Shown in pieces: positions 20,827 through 29,437 of a stretch of DNA of 64,000 nt. Made by a program: the position numbers and the translations under genes. How positions within the stretch are numbered: the stretch's first letter is position 1; each line of letters begins with the position of its first letter. The notes below the pieces were generated by a model. It searched no databases. It saw only the letters and a list, made by a program, of their open reading frames with translations, and was not told the DNA's origin. The DNA is from Alphaproteobacteria bacterium (lineage in GTDB: Bacteria; Pseudomonadota; Alphaproteobacteria; MPNO01): the NCBI GenBank assembly GCA_965248835.1, contig CBDFLJ010000001.1, positions 1,280,001-1,344,000 on the forward strand, read 5' to 3'.

Positions 20827-21420
20827 TCACCGTTTTCGCGTTCCGTCGGCCCGCGGTGGGTGACCTTGGCCGGACCGCCAGCCGTCCGGAATCCGAGGCG
20901 GCAGGTCGATGCGGGACAAGTCCAACTCGTAGTCGGCGTAGAACGCCGGCAGCCGGCCGTGCTCCACCGCGCCCAGCATGGCGACGAACCAGCCGGCATA
21001 GGCATAGTCCATGCCGATGCCCTCGTAAGCCAGCCGCGTGAAACGATCGATAAACATCTGCGCCAACTTTCGCGGGCTTTTGCGCGGCGCATCCGCCCAA
21101 TCGAAGAAACAGGCGCGCTCGGCGGAACTGTAGCGGACCGTCTCTCCAAAGCATTCCCGAACCGACCATCCATCGCGACCGATGTTGCTGGCAGGCGTGA
21201 CGATGCAGCGCCAATGAACGCCCGACGGAGACCAGCCGGGCGATATCCGAATTCCCTGATGGCCCAACTTGTGCAGCTCGTGGATCATGGTGAGAAACCG
21301 GCGAACATGTCCGAGTGTACGTCGAACGGTTGAACTGCTTTCCCAGTCGATTGCCGGTTCGAAACGCGCCAACGGTGCGGCATTTGGCCCGTCGCCGGCG
21401 GCCCCGCTTGCCCGACCCAT
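20827..21420 (-). CDS. Hypothetical protein (197 aa) between mod and the helicase
   Basis: Fills the gap in-operon; Trp/Tyr-rich protein-like composition (MIHELHKLGHQGIRISPGWSPSGVHWRC...YAYAGWF); start set to ATG 21420. Confidence 0.65.
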   Translation of the reverse strand: MGRASGAAGDGPNAAPLARFEPAIDWESSSTVRRTLGHVRRFLTMIHELHKLGHQGIRISPGWSPSGVHWRCIVTPASNIGRDGWSVRECFGETVRYSSAERACFFDWADAPRKSPRKLAQMFIDRFTRLAYEGIGMDYAYAGWFVAMLGAVEHGRLPAFYADYELDLSRIDLPPRIPDGWRSGQGHPPRADGTRKR

Positions 21421-21446
21421 CGTCTCAATCCCTTGCTGTGTCTGCC

Positions 21447-24251
21447 TTAGACTCGGAACACCTTCATAACCTCGTCGCCGAGGTGGTTGATGACCTTGAC
21501 GGCGATGCGGCCGGATTGCGGGCGGTCGAAGGGGCGGGAGGTGTCGCTGTTGAGCGTCGCCCAGGCGTCCGCGTCGATCTCGGCCTTTAATGTGGTCTTG
21601 AGCGACTTGTAGGGATCGTTCGCGCCGAGGAAATAGGCGTGGCGGACGAAGAAGCTCTCTTCGTTGTAGTCGGTGTCGATGAACCAGCAGGCGATGCCGT
21701 CGGCGCCGTCGCTCCGCACCTCGCCGGTGTTGGGGTGGAAGACGTCGACACCGTTGATCTTCACCCGGATCTTTCCGTCGTCGGCATCCAGGATGTCGAT
21801 ATCGGGCTCGCCGAAGATGACGAACAGATTGCCCTTGCCGGTGTTCTTGAGATCGCCGGCCATGTGCAGATCGGCGTTCATGCGCGCCTTGAGGACCGGA
21901 ATGCGGCCGAGCTTCTCGAACTCGGCGGAGTGGGCGTCGTAGCTGAAGGCGCAGGCGATCAGCACGTCGAAGCCGGCATCGGCGGCCTCGCGCGCTGCGG
22001 CGACGAGGTCCGGGCGCGAGACCGTGCCGAACTCGGGGCCGACGAAGACCGCGGCGCGGCGCTCGATGCCGGTATCCCCATCGCCCTCCACGTATCGCCC
22101 ATCTGCGCAGACGTAGTCGCCGGGCCAAGGCGCAAGCGCGGAGAAGGCGATGCGGTCTTCCTTGTGCGCCTGCTGCACGCCGGCCAGGGCCAGGTGCTCC
22201 AGGACCATGGCGGCGAAGTCCTGCGACTCGCCGTATCCGAGCTTCTTGTCGGCGAGCTGACTGAAGATCTCGTCGTTCTCGTCGACAGCCAGCATCCGGT
22301 GGGGCGCCAGGCTCTCGACCGTGAACGGGCCGGCGACGCGGATGCGGGAATTGTCGCTATACGGCTTGTCGTAGAGATACTCGTAATCGGCCTTGGCGGC
22401 GATGGAGGCGTCGATCTCCTTCTGGCGGGCGATGCGCGCCGCCCACCAATCGCGATGAGCCTCTTTCGCCTCGCCCGCCCAATCTTCTGCCGCGTCGCGT
22501 GGAATCTGCCACTCCTCCCAGCTCTCTCCGAGCGCCGCATTGAGCCGCGCGCGGAGCGGTTCCAGCGTTTCCTGGTGCTTCTCCCAGATCACGTCGATCT
22601 CGGCGTTGTTGGCGATGGACTTCAACGTGACATGCGGCACCCTCTCGTAGACAAAGCCTTGCCTGATATCGCCGTGTGTCGGCGCCTCGGACGGCGCCCT
22701 GCGACTGATCCCAGCTTCCTTCCGCTGACCCTCCGGGCTGTCGGCCAGCAAATACCACGGATAGCGCGCGCCCATGACGCGGGCGCGGGCGAGCGCAAGG
22801 GCGACGCGGGACGTGTCGATGGTGATCCAGCGCCGGCCCCAGTGTTCGGCGGCATAGGCGGTTGTGCCAGATCCGCAGGTGGGGTCGAGGACGAGATCAC
22901 CAGGATCGGTGGTCATCAGCATGCAGCGCTCAACGATTTTCGAGTTAGTTTGAACTACGAAAATCTTGTCGTCTGTGAAGTTGCCAGTTCCAGTATCCGT
23001 CCAGATATTGCCATGAACGCCTGCGTCAAAGTCACTATGGTACCGAACATATCGGATCGAGTTTTCTGCACCGTGTATTCGGCCAGCTTTCAGTAGCCTG
23101 TCCATTCCGGTGGGATAATTGGCCTTCCAGTGAGAATTCTTATCCCAAGCATCGTAGGACCTCCCACGAAATAAGAACGGTTGTCGCACTTTGGCTCGTC
23201 CCTGTGAAATAATATTGTCTGGATTGTAAGGCGTGGCACCTTCCGGGATCGCCGCTTGCCCTCTTTTTTCGGCAGCAGTGACACCCCGGCAAGTGGAGTC
23301 CCCAAGCATTAGCCACCGGGCATTGCCATCACCGAGCCTGAATTCTTTACGATAAAGAGGAGATCGCGATTTTCCCCTGGTTTTGTCCTTCATATACCAA
23401 AGAACAAAGTCAGAAACATTGCCCAGGTATTCGGTCTGAAATCCTGTTGTTGTTTGGATTGAAATGAGGCTTGTGAAGTTGTCTTCACCAAACACTTCGT
23501 CCATCAGCGCCCGTACGCGGTGGACGTTCTCATCTCCGATCTGCACAAAAACTGAGCCGCTCTCCGTCAGCAAATCCCGCGCTACCGTGAGACGATCCCG
23601 CAGATACGTCAGATACGAGTGAATCCCATCCCGCCACGTGTCACGGAACGCCTTCACCTGCTCCGGTTCCCGCGTAATGTGCGCGGCGTTGCCGTCCTTC
23701 ACGTCCCGACTGGTCGTCGACCACTGGAAGTTCGAGTTGAACTTTATGCCGTAGGGCGGGTCGATATAGATGCACTGGACCTTGCCGCGCAGGCCCTCGC
23801 GCTCGGCCAGGCTCGCCATCACCTGCAAGCTGTCGCCCAGGATCATCCGGTTCGACCAGTTGGCGTCGTGTTGATAGAACTCGGTTTTGGCGTCCTCGCT
23901 AGGCAGGCCGTTGAAATCGTCGAACAAAGCCGGCGGCTCGGGCGCGTCCTGCTCCGCCCGCGCTTTCGACTCCTTCAGCAGGTCGTCGATCAGCACCTTG
24001 GGGTGAACTTTCTCCTGGATGTAGAGCGGCGGAGCCTGGACCACGAGGTCGGACCAGTCCCGCACGTCCTTGCCGCGCCAGACGAGCTGCGGGTCGAGAT
24101 CGCGGTTGCGGCGCTCATAAGCGACCTGAATCGGCGCTTTGTCTTCATCCGGCAGGACCGAGTGATACTCTGCCGTCGGGATGTTGCGCCGCGACGCTTC
24201 GTCGTGAACGAGTGTCTCGACGGATTTGGGTTTTCTGGGCGTTCGCGCCAT
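21447..24251 (-). CDS. mod: Type III RM adenine methyltransferase (Mod)
   Basis: IDPPYGIKFNSN catalytic motif, central variable region, then LDPTCGSGTT SAM-binding motif (beta order). Confidence 0.9.
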   Translation of the reverse strand: MARTPRKPKSVETLVHDEASRRNIPTAEYHSVLPDEDKAPIQVAYERRNRDLDPQLVWRGKDVRDWSDLVVQAPPLYIQEKVHPKVLIDDLLKESKARAEQDAPEPPALFDDFNGLPSEDAKTEFYQHDANWSNRMILGDSLQVMASLAEREGLRGKVQCIYIDPPYGIKFNSNFQWSTTSRDVKDGNAAHITREPEQVKAFRDTWRDGIHSYLTYLRDRLTVARDLLTESGSVFVQIGDENVHRVRALMDEVFGEDNFTSLISIQTTTGFQTEYLGNVSDFVLWYMKDKTRGKSRSPLYRKEFRLGDGNARWLMLGDSTCRGVTAAEKRGQAAIPEGATPYNPDNIISQGRAKVRQPFLFRGRSYDAWDKNSHWKANYPTGMDRLLKAGRIHGAENSIRYVRYHSDFDAGVHGNIWTDTGTGNFTDDKIFVVQTNSKIVERCMLMTTDPGDLVLDPTCGSGTTAYAAEHWGRRWITIDTSRVALALARARVMGARYPWYLLADSPEGQRKEAGISRRAPSEAPTHGDIRQGFVYERVPHVTLKSIANNAEIDVIWEKHQETLEPLRARLNAALGESWEEWQIPRDAAEDWAGEAKEAHRDWWAARIARQKEIDASIAAKADYEYLYDKPYSDNSRIRVAGPFTVESLAPHRMLAVDENDEIFSQLADKKLGYGESQDFAAMVLEHLALAGVQQAHKEDRIAFSALAPWPGDYVCADGRYVEGDGDTGIERRAAVFVGPEFGTVSRPDLVAAAREAADAGFDVLIACAFSYDAHSAEFEKLGRIPVLKARMNADLHMAGDLKNTGKGNLFVIFGEPDIDILDADDGKIRVKINGVDVFHPNTGEVRSDGADGIACWFIDTDYNEESFFVRHAYFLGANDPYKSLKTTLKAEIDADAWATLNSDTSRPFDRPQSGRIAVKVINHLGDEVMKVFRV

Positions 24252-24273
24252 GGATCAGCGCCTCGTTTCTGGC

Positions 24274-24479
24274 CTACAGTTCGGATTCATGGATGTCCGC
24301 CAGCTTCATGAGATACCTCTGCAAGCCGCGCTTGAGCAACGCGCTGCCGTGGACCGGTACCGAAATGCGAATATCCGACCCCACTTTCGCGTAGATACGG
24401 TGACTGCCCCGCGTGCGCATCAGTTCCAGCCTCGCGCTTCCAGCACGCGACAAAATCGTTTTCCGCTGACCGTTTTCAC
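24274..24479 (-). pseudogene. hicA: HicA toxin, frameshifted
   Basis: GTG start overlaps the hicB stop; reads MKTVSGKRFCRVLEARGWN*. The adjacent frame continues ELMRTRGSHRIYAK...ISVPVHG (HicA GSH motif), consistent with a 1-nt deletion. Confidence 0.75.
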
Positions 24480-24682
24480 ACGGCGATCTCGACCACCCTG
24501 CCGGCACCCGACGTGCCAACCTCGACGACATCCACCGAGAGGCACCCCTCGACCGCCTCATAGAGGTTTCTCAGCAGTTCCTCGAACGATTCTCCCTGCG
24601 TCGCGCATCCGGGGATAGCCGGCACTTCGGCCCAATACCCCCCTTCTTCCGCCTCGTGAACGACCACCTTCAATTTCATCAT
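24476..24682 (-). CDS. hicB: HicB-family antitoxin (short form)
   Basis: EEGGYWAEVPAIPGCATQGESFEE..N..EAV motif; GGAGGAG RBS. Confidence 0.85.
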   Translation of the reverse strand: MMKLKVVVHEAEEGGYWAEVPAIPGCATQGESFEELLRNLYEAVEGCLSVDVVEVGTSGAGRVVEIAV

Positions 24683-24714
24683 CTCCTCCTGGTTCGGGTG
24701 TGCAGCGCCACGGA

Positions 24715-24923
24715 TCAACCGGCCCTGGTCGAGCGCAGGGGCAGCGCTTCGGTCTCCAGCGTCGACAGATCGAGGCGCCGTGACGCATGGTCGATATCGA
24801 AGCCGACCACGTCGGCGTCGAGGTCGACGTTCGGCCCGTCCGAGACTTCCGCGTTTCCGCACCCGGCCCGGCCTTGAACTCGACATAGAGGCTGTCGGTG
24901 TCGGGATAGTAATGCAGTTTCAT
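24715..24923 (-). pseudogene. DUF2283-family antitoxin-like gene, frameshifted
   Basis: MKLHYYPDTDSLYVEFK in one frame, EVSDGPNVDLDADVVGFDIDHASRRLDLSTLETEALP in another. Confidence 0.7.
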
Positions 24924-25023
24924 GATCGCTTCTTGCGAAAATCTTGAACGGTGGCGAGACCAACCGCACTCTGCGAAAGTTTCATCGGTGTCGTGATGCC
25001 TTTCTTCGTCATCGACGTTCCTC

Positions 25024-25395
25024 TTACGCGCTCGCAGAATAAGCCACCCCCAAGTCGTCCGCGACCCGCCTCAATCGCCGATCCCGTGTCCAGAGCGTCG
25101 TGCCGTCTCGACTGAGCACTGAACAGATGAGATGTGCATCGACAAAACCTATCCCGCGCCCCATCAGCTTCCTTGAATCGATCATCGATAGAACCTTTGC
25201 ATGGTCCAATTCTCCGATGGCAGGCAGGGCGTTCAATCTTCGTAAGAGGTCCACCCGCTTGGGTAGATTTCCGCAGGCAAGCTCGCCGATGATCATCGCG
25301 TGCGTCAGCACGTCGCCGGCATGCAGGAGCTTGGGAAGTTCGGAGTCCGCGCTGCGCAAATGGTCGATCCACACCGAAGTGTCCACAAGGATCAT
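25024..25395 (-). CDS. vapC: PIN-domain VapC toxin
   Basis: MILVDTSVWIDHLR, IGELACG, GIGFVDAHL and LWTRDRRL, with four acidic PIN residues present; ATGA overlap with the res stop. Confidence 0.9.
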   Translation of the reverse strand: MILVDTSVWIDHLRSADSELPKLLHAGDVLTHAMIIGELACGNLPKRVDLLRRLNALPAIGELDHAKVLSMIDSRKLMGRGIGFVDAHLICSVLSRDGTTLWTRDRRLRRVADDLGVAYSASA

Positions 25396-28300
25396 TCCGT
25401 GATTTCACTCTGTCGGCGTGGGATATATTCGAGATTCGGGGCGCTGCCGCCGGCCTGGGCCAGCCACTCGGCTGCATCGAGTTCGGCCGTCGAGCGGAAG
25501 CGTTCGATAATACCGTCAAATTCAGCTTCTACCTTGGCCGCGAAGTCGTGTTCCATGGCGTAGACGTCTCGGAACTCGGCAAAAGCCCAGCGCCCGTACG
25601 CACCGAGCCGATTCACGCCGGGCACCCAGTAGGTGTCCATGGTTGCTTTCTTGTCTTTCGCGTCCTCGCCTCGATACCCCTTGATCTCGACGATCAGGTG
25701 CAGCGGGTCGTCGTCCCCGTGCCCATCGTCCACCAGCACGATGAAATCCGGGATGTAGGTGTGCGCCGAGGAACCGTGGCGGTAGGGCACCTCCAGGCCG
25801 AGACCCTGGTTCTTGACATAGGCATGAACCCGGGGGTGCGCTTCGGCGACGCGGCAGAACTCCGCTTCCCAGTCGCCGTCGCAGACCACCCAGTTGACGT
25901 GGCAGCGGCGTGGGTCGGTTTCCCAAAGTGTCTTCTTCGAGGTCGTGAAGCGGACATGGATCGTTGAGCCGGCCGGGTTGTAGGGGTCGAGAACGGCCTT
26001 GACCGGACGTTCGTCCACATGCGCCTCGACGATGCCGTTCGTGATGCGCTCGCAGGCCATGTCGGCGAGTTCCTGATATATGAGCTGCGCCGGGTAGGTC
26101 CCGCCCTTGCAGACGAGATGGTTGTCCAGCCATCGGCGCGTGATCCGCTTGAGCTGGCCGAAGAGGAAGAGCTTCGGCTCCTCGCCGGGATCTCGCCACT
26201 TCGTCTCTATCAGTCTTTTCGTGAGATGAAACAGGAGCGTCGAGACACGCAAGTCACCGAGGTGTTCGAGGCTCAAATTCACTCCCTCTCCGATGATTCC
26301 TTCGTTGCGGGTGATCGAAGGGCCGACGATCTCCGGGGTGAGCTCCAAGGTCGAATCGTCGTCGAACCTGGCCTGTAGGCGCTTCTCGGGCAACTCGATG
26401 CGGTAACCCGCGACACGCGGGAAGTGGATCTCGCATGCGTCGCGGTCCGGGCTCATTGCCTTGACCTGCACGATCGGGCGCGGCGGCTGCGGCGGTGCGA
26501 CGACCGGCTTGGCCGTGAAGTCGAACGGGATGCCGAGCACGTCGGCATATTCCACGTCCATGCGGCCTTCTTCGTTCAGGTCGTAGGATTGCCGCCGCAG
26601 CGCCCGGCCGACCACCTGCTCACAGAGAAGTTGCGTGCCGAAGGCGCGCACGCCAAGGACATGGGTGACGGTGTTAGCATCCCAGCCTTCCGTCAGCATC
26701 GAAACTGAGACGACGCAGCGGGTTGCACCGCCGAGCCTGCCCACCTTGCCGACGGTGTTCATCACCTCGCGCAGCAGATCCTGGTCGGACAGGTTCTCGG
26801 CCTGTTGGCGGTCGCCCGTGCGCTCGACGATCTCGCGGCGGAAGCGGTCGATCTCGTCCACGGCCATGCTGCGGAAGTTCCTGTCGAGAGCCTGCCCGGA
26901 TTCGAGCTGCTCGCTGTCGATGAGCAGAGTGTGCGGGCGGGCGAGCGGATTGCCGTGCTCGTCGAAGTTCCGGAACAGTTCGAGGCGGCCGCTCTCCAAG
27001 GTCGTGGAACCGTCGGGGTTCTCGCGGACGAAGCCGGAGATGTAGTCGTAGACCACCTTCGACGTCGACGTGTTGTTGCACACCACAATGAAGCAGGGCG
27101 GGACATCGATGTCCGCGTCTTTCCACAACTCGAACGTCTTCGCGTAATGCCCGTAGAGGGCTTCCATCGCCGTCTGGAGCGTGATCGGGATCTTGAGGGG
27201 GTCGAGGTTGGGTGCCTTGCCGCGACCCTTCTTCGGCATCTCCTTGCCGATGTGATCCCACAGGTTCCGAAATTTCGGCATGTCGCCGCCCGGGATATTG
27301 TCGGCTACCGGCACTCGGGGCAGCTTGACGATCCCGCATTCGATCGCGTCCATTAGCGAGAAATCGCACATGGTCCAGGGGAACAGCGTTCCTTCGGCGT
27401 AGCCCGAACCGCGCAGGAAGAACGGCGTCGCCGAGAGATCGATCACACGATTGAGGCCGAGCTTCCGGCCGACCGCCTCCAGCCCTGATATCCAGAGCCG
27501 GGCCGCTTCCCGGTTCTTCTCGGCTTCCTTGCGGTCGTCGCCTTTCAGGTCCCCTTCGTCGTCCTCCCCCGGTTTCTCGCGGTAGCAATGATGCGCCTCG
27601 TCGTTCAGCACCATGACGTTCTTCATGCCCATAAGCTCGGGCATGACGCGCTGGAGCATCTGCCCGGTGGTCTCCACCGAGCTCAGCTCGGGACCTCTTC
27701 CTTGGAGAAGGGCGCGGCCTCCCTTCGAGACGGACATCGTCTCCCTGGGCTTGAAGGCGTGGAAGTTGGTGATGACGATCTTCGCCCGGTCCAGATCGCC
27801 CAGCATGTCGTCGGGAACCAGTTCCCGACTCTTGTAGTAGCTGTCCGGATCGTTGGGTTGCAGCACGCGGAGCCGGTCGCGGATCGTGAGCCCCGGGGTC
27901 ACTACGAGGAAGCCGCGCGTAAATCTTCGGCTGTTGGGACGGCGGACCGCATTGATCGTCTGCCAGGCGATCAGCATCGCCATGACGGTGGTCTTGCCGG
28001 TGCCGGTGGCGAGCTTCAGCGCCAGCCGGGCGAGATCCGGGTTCGCCTGCGCGTTCGCCGCACCCAGATGTTCGAGAAACCGCTTTCCGGCAGCTCCCAG
28101 ATTGGGCGCGACCTCGGTCAGCCAGATCACGGTCTCCACGGCTTCGACCTGGCAGAAGAAGGGGCGGAAACTGTTGAATTCGTGATGGCGCCAGTGCCGG
28201 AGCAAACGGGCTGTCTCGGGCGTCACCCGCCACTGGGCGGGATCCGGCAGCGCCCGCCAATCATCGACCGCGTGGCGCACGCTGTTGATGATCTCCATCA

Positions 28301-28532
28301 AATCGTATTGCTGGCTCTCGGTGGCGAGCTTCTGTGCGGCCTCGTCGAAGACCAGCTCGCGCTGGTTCCGTTTACGCTTTTTCGGCTTCGGGATCGGCGT
28401 GATGAACGCGACGCGGCGACGCCGATCGAGGATCTGGTTCGTAGGCTGGCCGATTTCATCGAGTTCCCAATGGCGTGATGGATACTCGTAGGGTGAATTG
28501 AGGATCGGGCGGTCAAAGAAGCTTTCCGTCAT
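25392..28532 (-). CDS. res: Type III restriction endonuclease subunit (Res) with a VapB-like C-terminal tail
   Basis: Walker A ATGTGKT, NDEAHHCY, EGWD and QVVGRALR motifs; PD-(D/E)xK nuclease PDFIV...VEIKG; start set to ATG 28532. Confidence 0.9.
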   Translation of the reverse strand: MTESFFDRPILNSPYEYPSRHWELDEIGQPTNQILDRRRRVAFITPIPKPKKRKRNQRELVFDEAAQKLATESQQYDLMEIINSVRHAVDDWRALPDPAQWRVTPETARLLRHWRHHEFNSFRPFFCQVEAVETVIWLTEVAPNLGAAGKRFLEHLGAANAQANPDLARLALKLATGTGKTTVMAMLIAWQTINAVRRPNSRRFTRGFLVVTPGLTIRDRLRVLQPNDPDSYYKSRELVPDDMLGDLDRAKIVITNFHAFKPRETMSVSKGGRALLQGRGPELSSVETTGQMLQRVMPELMGMKNVMVLNDEAHHCYREKPGEDDEGDLKGDDRKEAEKNREAARLWISGLEAVGRKLGLNRVIDLSATPFFLRGSGYAEGTLFPWTMCDFSLMDAIECGIVKLPRVPVADNIPGGDMPKFRNLWDHIGKEMPKKGRGKAPNLDPLKIPITLQTAMEALYGHYAKTFELWKDADIDVPPCFIVVCNNTSTSKVVYDYISGFVRENPDGSTTLESGRLELFRNFDEHGNPLARPHTLLIDSEQLESGQALDRNFRSMAVDEIDRFRREIVERTGDRQQAENLSDQDLLREVMNTVGKVGRLGGATRCVVSVSMLTEGWDANTVTHVLGVRAFGTQLLCEQVVGRALRRQSYDLNEEGRMDVEYADVLGIPFDFTAKPVVAPPQPPRPIVQVKAMSPDRDACEIHFPRVAGYRIELPEKRLQARFDDDSTLELTPEIVGPSITRNEGIIGEGVNLSLEHLGDLRVSTLLFHLTKRLIETKWRDPGEEPKLFLFGQLKRITRRWLDNHLVCKGGTYPAQLIYQELADMACERITNGIVEAHVDERPVKAVLDPYNPAGSTIHVRFTTSKKTLWETDPRRCHVNWVVCDGDWEAEFCRVAEAHPRVHAYVKNQGLGLEVPYRHGSSAHTYIPDFIVLVDDGHGDDDPLHLIVEIKGYRGEDAKDKKATMDTYWVPGVNRLGAYGRWAFAEFRDVYAMEHDFAAKVEAEFDGIIERFRSTAELDAAEWLAQAGGSAPNLEYIPRRQSEITE

Positions 28533-28554
28533 TTCCGCAATCTCCAATCCTCCA

Positions 28555-28845
28555 TCACGCCGCTGGCGAAAGCCGCTCGATCTTGATCCGGTTCGCCTTC
28601 TTCATCGCCTGCGCCGGCTCGTAGGTCGATTGAAGACGGTATCAGGTCTCTGCGCCGCCGCCGAACGCCCTGTCGAGGCGGATCGCCATCTCGGGTGAGA
28701 TACCGGAACGGCAATTCACGATATCCGAAAGCTGCTTGCGGCTGATACCCAGCCTGCGTGCCGCCTCCGTCACGCTGAGCCCTAGCGGCTCCAGACAATC
28801 GTGACGAACGGACAGGCCCCGATGGAGTGGGTTCTTCATCGGCAT
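28555..28845 (-). pseudogene. higA: HigA antitoxin with a premature stop
   Basis: [20 protein letters not shown] and ISPEMAIRL; TGA at 28642-28644 at the usual Trp position, then YRLQSTYEPAQAMKKANRIKIERLSPAA*. Confidence 0.8.
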
Positions 28846-28857
28846 GTCCCAATCCCC

Positions 28858-28998
28858 CTAATGATAGTCAATCAGGCCCACATCCCTGACATCCCGTCTC
28901 TCGAAGCGGAGGATGATGCGCCAGTTGCCAGACACCCTGACCGCCCGATAACCCGCCGGATCGCCGTTCAACGGGTGTAATTCGAAACCGGGCAGGTC
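28858..28998 (-). pseudogene. higB: HigB toxin 3' fragment
   Basis: DLPGFELHPLNGDPAGYRAVRVSGNWRIILRF...IDYH*; N-terminal half missing. Confidence 0.8.
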
Positions 28999-29018
28999 AC
29001 AAACCGAAACGGTGATTG

Positions 29019-29260
29019 TCACCTAGCGACTTCGGCGATCCTGCTTGCGATCCGATTGGGGGCGGACTTGACGGGATCGTTGGCGAGATGGGCATAGCGG
29101 GCAGTGGTCTGGACCTGGGTGTGCCCGAGCGGCTTCCCGATCATTGCTAGGCCTTCGCCGACCGGCAGTCCGTCGTTGGCGAAGCTGTGGTGAAGATCAT
29201 AGATGCGCAGGTCCTCGAACCCCGCGCGCTCGAATGCGCCGCCAGGCGTATTGCAGATCG
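29019..29260 (-). pseudogene. Tyrosine integrase C-terminal remnant
   Basis: EDLRIYDLHHSFAN...IGKPLGHTQVQTTARYAHL, a degenerate HxLRH box with LGH and the catalytic Tyr. Confidence 0.85.
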
Positions 29261-29285
29261 GTACGATGACTTCCGGGCTTACGGC

Positions 29286-29309
29286 CCGAATTCGCCCTGT
29301 GGCGCAAAC
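29286..29309 (+). repeat. Direct repeat copy 2 (attR-like)
   Basis: Identical to 18575-18598. Confidence 0.85.
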
Positions 29310-29437
29310 GCGCTAGGCTGTCTGCGTGACAGGTCTCGCGCGCCGAAATCCGTCGGGTGAACGCGGACGACCGACCTGGGCGCGGATTTGCTAGTCTTCG
29401 GAACCTCGAAACGGTCGGCATCCAGGGAGGCCCGGAC

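Larger units (their letters stand above)
18575..29309. mobile_element. Integrated defence island (type III RM, helicase, TA genes, integrase remnant)
   Basis: 24-bp terminal direct repeats; tyrosine integrase fragment next to the right repeat; all genes on the - strand; visibly less GC-rich than the flanks. Confidence 0.8.

Noticed and set aside
24920-25023. Toxin partner gene upstream of the DUF2283 pseudogene
   Set aside because: Only ~100 bp, with no recognisable motif in the frames read.
28642-28644. In-frame TGA in higA as a possible selenocysteine
   Set aside because: It falls at a position that is normally Trp with no redox motif, and the partner higB is truncated, so it is a nonsense mutation.
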